Assembly (NCBI GenBank): GCA_963749075.1
Contig: CAVVLJ010000020.1
Location: forward strand, 448,001 to 512,000
Length of the DNA: 64,000 nucleotides
Source: an uncultured Pseudomonadota bacterium
Lineage (GTDB): Bacteria; Pseudomonadota; Alphaproteobacteria; JACZXZ01
Reading direction: 5' to 3'
Position numbers and translations under genes: made by a program. Below the pieces are notes generated by a model. It saw nothing but the letters and a program-made list of their open reading frames with translations, was not told where the DNA came from and did no database searches. This document shows, piece after piece, positions 7,726 through 18,425 of the stretch. How positions within the stretch are numbered: position 1 is the stretch's first letter; every line of letters begins with the position of its first letter.

Positions 7726-10700
7726 GTGGGCAGGACCGCAAGGCGCGCGGCGGCGGCTTCCGGCGGGAGACGGGGTTGTGTGGCACCCCCTCTTGTGGTG
7801 GCCGTGCGCGCGCGCCCGCGGGGCTGGCTGCGCGGGGCGCTCCTCGCCTCGGCGGCGGGGACGCTGCTAGCGCCGTCCGTGGCCTTTGCGCTCTCGTCGT
7901 CCACGCTGCCTACGGGCGGCAATGTGGCGGGCGGCCAGGCGAGCATCAGCCAGACGGGCTCGACGCTCGACGTGACCCAGTCGAGCGAGCGCGCCATCAT
8001 CAACTGGCTGAGCTACAATCTGGTGGCGGCACCGGACGGCAGCGTGATCATGTTGGCCAAGGCGGCGAACAGCCTCTTGGGCGGGGTGATCAACAACACC
8101 GGGACCATCGCGGCGAACTCGCTCGTCTCGCACGGCGGCACGGTGACGCTCGAGGCGAGCGACACGATCACGGACTCAGGCACGATCAACGTTCTCGGGG
8201 GCGACGACGGGCGGCAGCGCCAGCCTGAGTGCGGCCTCGGTGACGCTCGCGGGCGCCACCATCGATGCCACGGGGGGCAGCGGGGGCGGCTCGATCTCGG
8301 TCGGCACCTGGTCCTCGACGAGTGTCAGCACGGACAAGGGGACGGTGCTCGACGCCTCGGCCAAGGTGAAGGGGAAGGGCGGCAAGATCGCGGTGCTCTC
8401 GGGCGGCACCACGAGCGTGGCCGGCAAGATGACGGCGCGCGGCGGCGCCCAAGGGGGCGACGGCGGCACGCTCGAGACCTCCGGCCACGTGCTGACGCTG
8501 GGTGCGCTCACGGTCGATCTGGGAGCGCCCATGGGCCGCGGCGGGAGCTGGCTCCTCGACCCCTACGACCTCACCATCGACACGATGGGGGCGGCGGACA
8601 TCGACGCGGCGCTGGTCAGCGCCGACGTGCTGGTGGAGACGACGGCGTCGAGCGCGACCCCATACGGCGTCGTCAACGCCTCGGGGAACGGCGACATCAT
8701 CGTCGCCTCGCCGATCTCGTGGTCGAGCCAGTACGGGCTCACGCTCAGCGCCTACCGCAACATCACGATCGACGCCAGCATCACCCGCGACACCGTCTCC
8801 ACAGGCAGCGGCAGCACGCTTACGCTGACGGCGGACACGGGTGGCACGAGCAGCGGCCTCAACGGACTCAGCGTGACTGACGGAGCAAAGGTGACGCTGT
8901 CGGCGAGCGGCGACTCGCTCACCATCAACGGTGCCTCCTATATGCTCATCACCAGCCTCTCCGAGCTCGAGGCGCTCGAGGGAACCGGCTTCACCCCCGA
9001 TGGTTATTACGCGCTCGACGGCGACCTCGATCTCTCGAGCGTCGCCAATTGGACGCCGATCGGCACCTCGGGCACGCCCTTCTCGGGCATCTTCGAGGGG
9101 CTCGGGCACACGCTCTCCAACCTCTCGATCAGCTCGGCCACGGGGAGCTACATCGGCCTCTTCGGCGACAGCTCGGGCACCATCAGCGACCTGCTGCTGA
9201 GCGACGTCAACGTCAGCGGCCTCAGCTATGTGGGCGCGCTGGTGGGATACAGCTCCGGCACCGTGAGCAACAGCTCGGCCTCGGGCTCGGTGAGCGGCGG
9301 CAGCGGCGGCTTCGACATCGGCGGGCTGGTGGGGTACAGCAACGGCACCGTGAGCACCAGCTCGGCCTCGGCCACGGTCAGCGGCGGCAGCAACGCCGAA
9401 TTCATCGGTGGGCTGGTGGGGGAGAATGACAGCAGCGGCACGGTGAGTGCCGCCTACGCCACGGGCTCGGTCAGCGGCGGCGGCAGCTACGCCATCGGCG
9501 GGCTGGTGGGACAGAACACCGGCGTCGTGAGCAACAGCTCGGCCTCGGGCTCGGTCAGCGACGGCGATGGCGGCGGCGCGGTCGGCGGGCTTGTGGGAGA
9601 CAACAATGCCACCGTCAGCGCGAGCTACGCCACGGGCAACGTGAGCGGCGGCAGCGGCAGCTTCTACCTCGGCGGGCTGGTGGGCTGGAACGGCGGCAGC
9701 GGCGCCACGGTGAGCGGGAGCTACGCCATCGGCAACGTGAGCGGCGGCAGCGAGAGCTACGACCTCGGAGGGCTGGTCGGCTTCAACCTCGGCACGGTCG
9801 CCAATAGTTCCGCCTCGGGCTCGGTCAGCGGCGACAGCAACAGCCTATATATCGGCGGCCTGGTGGGCTACAACTACATGGGCACCGTGAGCGCGAGCTC
9901 GGCCTCTGGCGCGGTGAGCGGCGGCAGCGACAGCATCTACATCGGCGGGCTGGTGGGCTTTACCCTCGGTGCCATCAGCTTGAGCTACGCCACGGGGAAC
10001 GGTGAGCGGCGGCAGCGGCAGCCAGGATATCGGCGGCCTCGTGGGCTGGAACGACAGCGGCGGCACGGTGAGTGCCAGCTACGCCAGCGGCAATGTGACA
10101 GGCGGCGAGGGGAGCTCCGACATCGGCGGCCTGGTCGGCTACAACCTCGGCACGGTTGCCAGCAGCTCCGCCTCGGGCTCGGTCGGCATCGGCGACAGCG
10201 GCGCCAACGTCGGCGGGCTGGTGGGATACAACTACTACACCGGCAGCGTGATCAGTAGCTGGGCGTCGGGAGCGGTCAGCGGCGGCAGCGGCAGCAGGTA
10301 CATCGGCGGGCTGGTGGGGGAGAATTACGGCATCGTCAGCGCGAGCTCGGCCTCTGGCGCGGTGAGCGGCGGCAGCGACAGCATCTACATCGGCGGGCTG
10401 GTGGGCTTTACCCTCGGTGCCATCAGCTTGAGCTACGCCACGGGGAACGTGAGCGGCGGCAGCGGCAGCCAGGATATCGGCGGCCTCGTGGGCTTCAATT
10501 ACAGCTCCGGCACGATCAGCATCAGCTTCGCCGCGGGGTCGGTGAGCGGCGGCAGCGGCAGCAGCAACGTTGGCGGGCTGGCGGGAGAAAACGACGGCCA
10601 GATCGCCAATACCTACGCCACGGGTGCGGTCAGCGGCGGCACCTACGTGGCCGGGCTACAATTCCGGCACGGTGAGCAACAGCTATGCGGTCGGCCTGGT

Positions 10701-11199
10701 CGTCGGCGGCAGCAGCACGGGCGGGCTGATCGGCACCAACTTGGGCAGCGTCATCGCCAGCTTCTGGGACATGGATACCTCGCACCAGATGACGAGCGCC
10801 GGCGGCACCGGCGAGTTCAACGAGGCGATGACGGACGAGGCGACCTTCACCAGCGCCGGCTGGGATTTCACCAACATCTGGCAGATCGGCAGCTCGACCT
10901 ATCCCTATTTCCGGGACTCGGCGTTCGCCGGCGCGCCGACCCCGACGGTGGCGCCGCCGCAGTCGCCGCCGTTGCTGCCGACCGGCGCGACCGACGGCCT
11001 CGCCCTGCCGCCGGCCCTGTCCGGCGACGGCCTGCCCACTCCGCCATTGCCGCCGGGAATCATGCAGCCGCCGCCGCCGGCCACGCTGGGATATTCCCCA
11101 CTGATGGCGGCCTCGCCGGAGCTGTCGGCCTCGCCGGAGCTGTCGCTCTCTCCCCTGGTGTCGATCACGGTGCTGTCGCAAATTCCGACGGACGAGTAG
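7726..11199 (+). pseudogene. TpsA-like GLUG-repeat exoprotein/adhesin, split over four frames (possible pseudogene and/or sequence errors)
   Basis: LPTGGNVAGGQASI, TQSSERAIINW, GGTLETSG, WLLDPYD, WTPIG..PFSGIFEGLGHTLSNL, many GGLVG-xN repeats, GWDFTNIW; frame breaks near 8192, 10001 and 10655; start uncertain. Confidence 0.85.
9890..10494 (+). repeat. 157-bp near-perfect internal duplication (9890-10047 and 10338-10494)
   Basis: Copies read identical except one extra G at 10001-10002. Confidence 0.9.
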
Positions 11200-11285
11200 C
11201 GCGCGGCATCGCGGCCGTGAAACTGCGGCGCAAGGGGACCGCGGCGCAACGTAGTGCGTGGACTTCTAACGGTTCGCCTCTCCTC

Positions 11286-11363
11286 GTCATGCCCGCGAAA
11301 GCGGGCATCCACTGCAGCGGCTCCCTGGATTCCGGCTCTCCGCTTCGCTCCGGCCGGAATGAC
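11286..11363. repeat. REP-like element, family B (GTCATGCCCGCGAAAGCGGGCATCCA...TGGATTCC...GGAATGAC)
   Basis: Hairpin pair; related copy at 19497-19550. Confidence 0.85.
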
Positions 11364-11412
11364 GAAGGCGAGAAGTGGATACTTCTGCTAGCGACGGAAC
11401 AGTAGTAGCGCA

Positions 11413-13179
11413 ATGATGATGTCGCGGGGCAACGAGGTCGCGGAGCAGTCGACCACTGCGGCGCCGCGGCTCTTCCTCGCGGCCGCCGCGGCGCTCGCGG
11501 CCCTCGCCGCGGCTCTCATCGCTTCCCCGGCCGGCGCCCAGCAGGCGCCCAACGCCGGCACGCTCCTCCGCGAGTTCGGCCCGAGCGGCCAGCCCAAGGC
11601 AACCCCCACGCTGCCGCCGGTGCCGCTCGCACCCGAGGAGACGCCGAAGCCCGCCCGCGAGGGGGCCAAGGTGCTGGTCAAGGACTTCCGCATCAAGGCC
11701 ACCGAGTTCCCCGAGGACTCCCTCAAGGCGCTCGTCAAGGACTACGTCGGCCGCGAGCTCACCATCGGCGATCTCGAGGACGCGGCGCTCAAGATCAGCG
11801 AGTACTACCGCGAGCACGATCTCCTCGCGCGCGCTTATCTCCCGAAGCAGACCATCGAGAACGGCGTCGTCGAGATCGACGTGCTGGAGGCCAGGCTCGG
11901 CGCCGTCACGGTCGATCCGGCGAGCCGCACGCGCCTCGATCCCGATATCGCGATCGGCATCGTGCGGGGGCGGGCGCCCACGGGCGAGGTGCTGCGGCCC
12001 TCCGACCTCGAGGAAGGGGTGGCGATCGTCAACGAGATTCCCGGAGTGGTGGCCAAGGCGACGCTCGTGCCCGGCAGTGCCGCGGGCGAGACCAACGCCG
12101 ATCTCACGCTCGCCGACCGGCCGCTCGTCTCGAGCTTCCTCGTGACCGACGACGCCGGCGTGCGCTGGTCGGGCAGCCACCGCGTCGTCGGCAGCACGAC
12201 CGTCAGCGATCCCCTGGGGCTCGGCGAGCAGCTCTCGCTGGCGGCCCTGTGGACGAGCGGCAGCGAATACGACCGCCTCGCCTTCCAGATGCCGGCCGGC
12301 GATAGCGGGCTCACCCTCGGCATCAACGGCTCGAACCTGGAATACAGCCTGGGCTCGCCCTTCAACGTGCTGAACGAGGGCGGCTACGCCTATACCGGCG
12401 GCGTCACGGCGAGCTATCCGATCCGCCGCGCGCCGGGTCTGGCCCTCACCGCCGTCGCCTCCTTCGACCACAAGCGGCTCGTCGATTGGGCGCTCGGCAG
12501 CGACACGGCCGACCGCGCCCTCGAGGTCGGCAGCTTCCACTTCCTCGGCCTGGTGACCGACAAGCTCCTCGGCGGCGGCGTCAATGACTTCAACGCCGGC
12601 GTCAGCGTCGGCACGCTCAACCGCAGCGGCAACGCCCTCGATCTCTTGGCCGACAAGCTGACGGCGCGCACCCACGGCGGCTACAGCAAGCTCACCGCCG
12701 CCCTCTCGCGCTCGCAGCAGCTCTTCGCGGACACGACGCTCTTTTTCTCGGTCAACCTGCAGTACGCGCTCAAGAACCTGGAGAGCTCGGAGAAGCTCTC
12801 CCTCGGCGGACCGGGCGGCGTGCGCGCCTACCCGGTGAACGAGGCCAACGGCGACAGCGGCGCCATCGCCACGCTCGAGCTCCGCCACGACTTCTCAGGC
12901 ATCCTGGAGATCGCCGGTTTCTACGACGTGGGCGGCATCCTGCAGCACCAGGAGAGCTGGAAGGGCTGGCAGAGCAAGCTCAACGAGGCGGATGCCTACG
13001 TGCTGCAGGGCCCCGGCATCGAGGCGAGCCTGAGGCCTACGTTCCTCCCGGCGCTGCGCGCCAAGTTCACGGTGGCACGCGCCATCGGCATCAACCCCGG
13101 CCGCGACCTGAACGGCAACAACAGCGACGGCAAGCACGGCCGCAACCGCTACTGGTTCCAGATCAGCTATAGCTTCTGA
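11413..13179 (+). CDS. TpsB (ShlB/FhaC/HecB family) outer-membrane translocator
   Basis: Signal peptide, POTRA-like EYYREHDLLARAYLPKQ, LGGPGGVRAY motif, C-terminal Phe. Confidence 0.93.
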   Translation: MMMSRGNEVAEQSTTAAPRLFLAAAAALAALAAALIASPAGAQQAPNAGTLLREFGPSGQPKATPTLPPVPLAPEETPKPAREGAKVLVKDFRIKATEFPEDSLKALVKDYVGRELTIGDLEDAALKISEYYREHDLLARAYLPKQTIENGVVEIDVLEARLGAVTVDPASRTRLDPDIAIGIVRGRAPTGEVLRPSDLEEGVAIVNEIPGVVAKATLVPGSAAGETNADLTLADRPLVSSFLVTDDAGVRWSGSHRVVGSTTVSDPLGLGEQLSLAALWTSGSEYDRLAFQMPAGDSGLTLGINGSNLEYSLGSPFNVLNEGGYAYTGGVTASYPIRRAPGLALTAVASFDHKRLVDWALGSDTADRALEVGSFHFLGLVTDKLLGGGVNDFNAGVSVGTLNRSGNALDLLADKLTARTHGGYSKLTAALSRSQQLFADTTLFFSVNLQYALKNLESSEKLSLGGPGGVRAYPVNEANGDSGAIATLELRHDFSGILEIAGFYDVGGILQHQESWKGWQSKLNEADAYVLQGPGIEASLRPTFLPALRAKFTVARAIGINPGRDLNGNNSDGKHGRNRYWFQISYSF

Positions 13180-13196
13180 GCGGCTGGCCCGAAATG

Positions 13197-13363
13197 AAAG
13201 GACGCTTGCACCTACCGCTGCGGGTCCTTCGAGACGCAACCCTTTCGGGTTGCTCCTCAGGATAAGGCGCATTTGTGTGTGGCAGAAAGACTAGACCTCG
13301 TCCTGAGGAGCGAGCGTAGCGAGCGTCTCGAAGGACCCACCGCAGCCGGTCCGAGGCCCCTTT
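13197..13363. repeat. Family A composite palindromic element (~165 bp)
   Basis: Similar over its whole length to 19277-19440, including spacer TGTGTGTGGCAGAAAGACT. Confidence 0.9.
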
Positions 13364-13430
13364 GATCGCGCGACAGCGCGAATCGCCAATGATATCCTCG
13401 GCGCGCTCTTGATCGCTACGGCAGGCTCTC

Positions 13431-15221
13431 ATGGCGCAATCGCCTTCCCCCGCGCGGCGCGAGCCGCAAGGCCCCGGCGCCGCCGCGGTTCCGGTCAACT
13501 ATCTCAACGTCATCGCGGCGGACGTGCCCCTCTTTGCGGCGGCACTCGAGGCCCATCGCCAGGGCCAGCTCGGCAAGGCGCGCGGCGCCTATCTCGAGCT
13601 CATGGACCAGCCCAGGCTGACGGCCGTCTGCCTGCATCAATTGGGCGTGATCGCCGGCCAGCAGGGCGACCACCGGCGCGCGGCCGAGCTTCTCGAGCGC
13701 GCCATCCGGCTCGACCCCGCCCAGCCCATGTACTACCAGAACCTCTCGGTCAGCCTCGAGAAGCTGGGGAACAAGCCGGCAGCGCTCGACGCCCTCATCG
13801 ATCTCGGCTGCGCCTTGCAGAAGGTCGAGCGGCACGACCAGGCGATCCCCATCTACCGGCGCATCATCGAGATCGACCGCTGCCGCTACGCCGCCTACGT
13901 CAACATGGGCACCGGCCTCGCCTGGTCGGGCGATCCGCGCGCGGCGGTGCCGGAGCTCCTGCGCGGCATCGTGCTGCACGCGCTCGTGCTGCCCGAGCTC
14001 AAGAGCTTTCTCGACGGCCTCTTGCCGCGCCTCATCGCCGACGCCGTGGTGCCGCACGACATCGTCAAGCCGCCCGGCCAGCCCAGCGGGCGCGTCGAGA
14101 TGGTCGAGCATGCGCTGACCAGCCTCGGCAAGGCGCTCACCGAGATCGGCTATCCCGACGAGGCGATCCGCTGCCACCGCATGGCGATCGAGCTCGAGCC
14201 CGGCTTCGCCCTCGCCCACTGGAACCTGTCGCTGGCACTCCTCACCAAGAGCGACTTCGCGCAAGGCTGGCAGGAGTACGAGTGGCGCTGGCGCTGGGAC
14301 AAGTTCCCCGATCCCAAGCGCCGGCTGCCAGTCCCGGTGTGGCGCGGCCAGCCGCTCGCGGGGAAGACGGTCGTGGTCTATGCCGAGCAGGGCTACGGCG
14401 ACGTGATCCAGTTCCTGCCGCTCGCCCGCCGACTGGCCGCGATGGCCGGAGAGGTGCTGCTCGAGGTCACCACCCCCCAGGTGCGCCTCCTGCGCGAGGG
14501 CTTCGCCGGCGGCAATCTTCGCGTCATCGAGCGCACGCGCGAGCCCAACCGCATCGCGACCGAGCGGCCTTACGACTATGTCGTGCCGCTCTTGAGCTTG
14601 CCGTCGCGCCTGGCACTCCGGCTCGAGGAGCTGCCGCTGGCGCGGGAGCCCTATATCACGGTGCCGCCGGCCGCCGCGGCCGCGTGGCGCGAGCGGCTCG
14701 CGGGTGCGGCCGGGCTCAAGGTCGGCCTCGCCTGGCGCGGCCGGCCGACGCCCGAGGCGAAGCGCACCATCCCGCTCGAGCGCCTCGGCCCGCTCATGGC
14801 ATGCGAGGGCGTCTCGTGGCACGCCATCCAGGTCGCGGGCGAGACCGCGGAGATCGCCGCCAGCAAGCTGCCGGTCGCCGACTGGTCGCCGCAGCTCCGC
14901 GATTTCGCCGACACCGCGGCCCTCGTCTCGGAGCTCGATCTCGTGATCAGCATCGACACCGCCGCGGCCCATCTCGCAGCGGCACTGGGCAAGCCGGTCT
15001 GGATCATGCTCCTGGCCGTACCCGACTGGCGCTGGCTCCTCGCGCGCCGCGACAGCCCCTGGTACCCGACGGCGCGGCTCTTCCGCCAGCCGGCAGCCGG
15101 CGACTGGGAGAGCGTCCTCGGCGAGCTCGCGAAGGCGCTCGCGGAACGGCAGCGCGCGCGGACCTGGTCCTCCGACTCATTGATGCATGCCCCGCCCCCT
15201 TCTTCCTCGAAGGCTGACTGA
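13431..15221 (+). CDS. TPR-repeat protein with C-terminal GT9-like glycosyltransferase domain
   Basis: TPR helices; GWQEYEWRW, EQGYGDVIQF, DLVISIDTAAAHLAAALGKPVW, DSPWYPTARLFRQ. Confidence 0.9.
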   Translation: MAQSPSPARREPQGPGAAAVPVNYLNVIAADVPLFAAALEAHRQGQLGKARGAYLELMDQPRLTAVCLHQLGVIAGQQGDHRRAAELLERAIRLDPAQPMYYQNLSVSLEKLGNKPAALDALIDLGCALQKVERHDQAIPIYRRIIEIDRCRYAAYVNMGTGLAWSGDPRAAVPELLRGIVLHALVLPELKSFLDGLLPRLIADAVVPHDIVKPPGQPSGRVEMVEHALTSLGKALTEIGYPDEAIRCHRMAIELEPGFALAHWNLSLALLTKSDFAQGWQEYEWRWRWDKFPDPKRRLPVPVWRGQPLAGKTVVVYAEQGYGDVIQFLPLARRLAAMAGEVLLEVTTPQVRLLREGFAGGNLRVIERTREPNRIATERPYDYVVPLLSLPSRLALRLEELPLAREPYITVPPAAAAAWRERLAGAAGLKVGLAWRGRPTPEAKRTIPLERLGPLMACEGVSWHAIQVAGETAEIAASKLPVADWSPQLRDFADTAALVSELDLVISIDTAAAHLAAALGKPVWIMLLAVPDWRWLLARRDSPWYPTARLFRQPAAGDWESVLGELAKALAERQRARTWSSDSLMHAPPPSSSKAD

Positions 15222-15325
15222 CCTAGGCCAATTCGAGGCTCGCCGGCAAATCGTGGCATTGCGCTGTGGATAAGTGCCCTCCACGGGCTGCGGCGAGCCC
15301 TTCGCGAGGCCTGCCCGCCGCGCGC

Positions 15326-15359
15326 CTGTAACATGAACGTCACGTCGAGCGATTAGTAT
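15326..15359 (+). promoter_or_regulatory. Putative Pho box (CTGTAAC-ATGA-ACGTCAC) 10 bp upstream of TAGTAT -10
   Basis: 11-bp-spaced half sites each 5/7 to the CTGTCAY consensus; canonical distance to -10; precedes a phosphonate transporter. Confidence 0.65.
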
Positions 15360-15389
15360 CCCGGCGTCAATTCTGGGGAGGGAACGACC

Positions 15390-16415
15390 ATGATGATCAG
15401 GAAGCTCGCTGTCGCGCTGGGAGTCGTCTTGCTCGGCTCAGCACCGGCCTGGGCCGCGAACGTCGTCACGATCTACAGCGCCGACGGGCTGCATGACGGC
15501 ACCCCCAACTGGTATCAGAACCAGTTCGACGCCTTCACCAAGGCGACCGGCATCAAGGTGCAGTATGTCGAGGGCGGCTCGGGCGTCGTCGTCGAGCGCG
15601 TCGCCAAGGAGGCCTCGAACCCGCAGGCCGACGTGCTCGTGACCTTGCCGCCGTTCATCCAGAAGGCCGCCGCGGACGGGCTGCTGCAGCCCTATACGCC
15701 GGCCGGTGCCGACCAGATCGCGGCCGAGCAGAAGGACCCCCACGGGCTCTATTTGGCGCTCGTCAACAACTACATGAATTTCATCTACAACGCGGCGGTC
15801 CTCAAGGAGCCGCCGAAGACGTTCGACGATCTGCTCGATGCGAAATTCAAGGGCAAGATCCAGTACTCGACCCCCGGTCAGGCGGGCGACGGCACCGCGG
15901 TGATGATCGAGGTGTTCCACGCCTTCGGCGGCAAGGACGCCGGCTTCGACTTCCTGAAGAAGCTGCAGGCGAACAATGTCGGCCCCTCCTCCTCGACGGG
16001 CAAGCTGACGGCGCTGGTCAACAAGGGCGAGCTCAACGTCTCCAACGGCGACGTGCAGATGAACATCTCGCAGATGGCGGCCAACCCCAACATCCGCATA
16101 TTCTGGCCGGCCGGTCCGAACGGCGAGCGCTCGACCTTCGCACTGCCCTATTACGTCGGCCTCGTGAAGGGTGCTCCGGACGCCGCCGCCGGCAAGAAGC
16201 TGATCGATTTCCTGCTCTCGAAAGAGGCGCAGGAGACGGTCACCTCGGTGGCGCAGGGCTTGCCGGTGCGCAACGACGTGACGCCGACCGACGAGGCCTT
16301 TAAGAACATCCACAAGCTGATGGAGGGTGTTAGCATCTGGACGCCGGACTGGGCGCAGGTCCTGAGCGACCTCCAGGCCGACGTCGCCAAGTGGCACCAG
16401 GTTACGGGCAGCTAG
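15390..16415 (+). CDS. phnS: 2-aminoethylphosphonate ABC transporter substrate-binding protein
   Basis: [51 protein letters not shown], characteristic of PhnS. Confidence 0.88.
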   Translation: MMIRKLAVALGVVLLGSAPAWAANVVTIYSADGLHDGTPNWYQNQFDAFTKATGIKVQYVEGGSGVVVERVAKEASNPQADVLVTLPPFIQKAAADGLLQPYTPAGADQIAAEQKDPHGLYLALVNNYMNFIYNAAVLKEPPKTFDDLLDAKFKGKIQYSTPGQAGDGTAVMIEVFHAFGGKDAGFDFLKKLQANNVGPSSSTGKLTALVNKGELNVSNGDVQMNISQMAANPNIRIFWPAGPNGERSTFALPYYVGLVKGAPDAAAGKKLIDFLLSKEAQETVTSVAQGLPVRNDVTPTDEAFKNIHKLMEGVSIWTPDWAQVLSDLQADVAKWHQVTGS

Positions 16416-16450
16416 TCGGGCGCGCTGCGACGCTGCCGGGGGAAAGAGCC

Positions 16451-17566
16451 ATGGCCGCGTCGCGAGGCCCCTCGCCGGAGGGCGAGGGCATCATCTTCGA
16501 GGGCATCACCGTCGCCTATCGCGGCACGGTGGTGCTCGACGATTTCTCGCTGCAGATCCAGCGCGGCGAGATCATGGCGCTCATCGGTCCGTCGGGGTCG
16601 GGCAAGACCACGGCGCTGCGCGCGGTCGCGGGCTTCGTGCGCCCGCGCGCGGGCCGCGTGCGCATCGGCGAGACCGACGTGACCGATCTGCCGCCCTATG
16701 AGCGCGGCATCGGCATGGTGGTGCAGAACTACGCGCTCTTCCCCCACATGAAGATCGAGGACAACGTGGCCTTCGGCCTGCGCGCGCAAAAGGCCGAGGC
16801 CGCGCTGATCGCCGACCGGGTGCGCGACTGCCTCGGCCTGGTCGGCATGGCCGGTTTTGTCGGGCGCTACCCGCGCGAATTGTCCGGCGGGCAGCAGCAG
16901 CGCGTCGCGATCGCCCGGGCGCTCGCGGTGCGGCCGCGCGTGCTGCTGCTCGACGAGCCCTTGTCGGCGCTCGACGCCCAGATCCGCCGCTCGATGGTCG
17001 AGGAGCTGGCGAAGCTGCATCGCGATCTGCCGGGCCTGACCGTGCTCTACGTCACCCATGACCAGACCGAGGCGCTGACGCTCGCCGATCGCATCGCCAT
17101 CATGCGCGACGGCCGCTTGAGCTCGTTCGGACCGTCGCACGAGCTCTATCGCCGCCCGCCGAACCGCTTCACCGCCGAATTCCTCGGCCGCGCGAACCTG
17201 CTGGAGGTCCGCGTCGAGGCGCCCGCCGAGCGCGGCCTGGTGCGGGTGCGCTTCGGCGAGGCGGCGCTGACGGTGCCGGCCCATCCGACGCTCGGCTCCG
17301 GTGCCGATTGCCTGCTCTGCATCCGGCCGCACGATTTGCGCCTGGCCGACCATCAAGTGGACGGCAACCGGTTGAGCGCCACCGTCACGTCCGTGCAGTG
17401 GCAGGGCGATCACCACGCGATCACGCTCGATTGCGCCGGCACGCTGCTCCGCCTGGTGTCGACGCCGCTGCGCGAGCCGCCGGCGGCGGGCGAGCCGCTC
17501 GAGCTCGCCTTCGACGCCGTCGACGCGACGCTGATCGCCGCCGACGCCAGGGCTCCCCATGGCTGA
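16451..17566 (+). CDS. phnT: 2-AEP ABC transporter ATP-binding protein
   Basis: [27 protein letters not shown]; operon position. Confidence 0.85.
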   Translation: MAASRGPSPEGEGIIFEGITVAYRGTVVLDDFSLQIQRGEIMALIGPSGSGKTTALRAVAGFVRPRAGRVRIGETDVTDLPPYERGIGMVVQNYALFPHMKIEDNVAFGLRAQKAEAALIADRVRDCLGLVGMAGFVGRYPRELSGGQQQRVAIARALAVRPRVLLLDEPLSALDAQIRRSMVEELAKLHRDLPGLTVLYVTHDQTEALTLADRIAIMRDGRLSSFGPSHELYRRPPNRFTAEFLGRANLLEVRVEAPAERGLVRVRFGEAALTVPAHPTLGSGADCLLCIRPHDLRLADHQVDGNRLSATVTSVQWQGDHHAITLDCAGTLLRLVSTPLREPPAAGEPLELAFDAVDATLIAADARAPHG

Positions 17567-18425
17567 CGTGGCCCTTGCCGGCGCCGCGCGCAGCTCAGGC
17601 CGGATCTGGGTCGTGCCGCCGCTCGCCGTGCTCGCCGGCCTCTTCTTCTATCCGCTGTCCTTGATCGTGGCGCAGGCGCTGACCGGCGACGGCGGCCGCG
17701 TCTCGCTCGACCACTTCGCCTCGGTGATCCGCTCGGCCCTCTTCGTGGGCGCGCTGCTCCACACGATCGAAATCGCCGTCGCGGCCAGCGCCGGCTGCCT
17801 CGTGCTCGGCTTCGCGATCGCGCTCGTGCTGTCCTTCGTGCCGTTCCCAGGCGCGCGCGAGGTCGCGCGCTTCATCGACACCTTCATAGCGCTGCCGACC
17901 TTTCTCGCGGCACTCGCCTTCACCTTCATCTACGGCTCGGCCGGGGTGCTCAACAGCGCGCTGATCGAGCTCTTCGGCTTGGCACGGCCGCCGATCGACT
18001 TCCTCTATTCGCCGTGGGGCGTGATCCTGGCCGAGGTCACCGTCTACACGCCCTTCGTGCTGCGTCCGCTGCTCGCCGCCTTCTCGCTGATCGAGGGGGC
18101 GCAGATCGAGGTCGCCAGCAGCCTCGGCGCGCGGCCCTGGCGGATCATCCGCCAGATCATCCTTCCGGCCGCCATGCCGGCGCTCCTGGCCGGCGGCAGC
18201 CTGTGCCTGCTGCTGACCGTCAACGAGTTCGGCATCGTGCTCTTCATCGGCGCCAAGGGCGTCATCACGCTCCCGCTCCTCGTCTACGACAAGGGCATCC
18301 AGGAATTCGACTATACCGCCGCCTGCGTCATCGCCGTCATCAACGTGGCGCTCTCGCTGTCGCTCTATATGCTGTACCGGCTGATGATCGCGCGTCTCGG
18401 AGGGCGCAATGCTGGTGTGGTCTAG
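17559..18425 (+). CDS. phnU: 2-AEP ABC transporter permease
   Basis: Multiple TM helices, EVASSLGA loop; overlaps phnT. Confidence 0.83.
   Translation: MADVALAGAARSSGRIWVVPPLAVLAGLFFYPLSLIVAQALTGDGGRVSLDHFASVIRSALFVGALLHTIEIAVAASAGCLVLGFAIALVLSFVPFPGAREVARFIDTFIALPTFLAALAFTFIYGSAGVLNSALIELFGLARPPIDFLYSPWGVILAEVTVYTPFVLRPLLAAFSLIEGAQIEVASSLGARPWRIIRQIILPAAMPALLAGGSLCLLLTVNEFGIVLFIGAKGVITLPLLVYDKGIQEFDYTAACVIAVINVALSLSLYMLYRLMIARLGGRNAGVV

Noticed and set aside
9240-10700. Diversity-generating retroelement template/variable repeat in tpsA
   Set aside because: Duplicates do not differ at adenines and no reverse transcriptase is present
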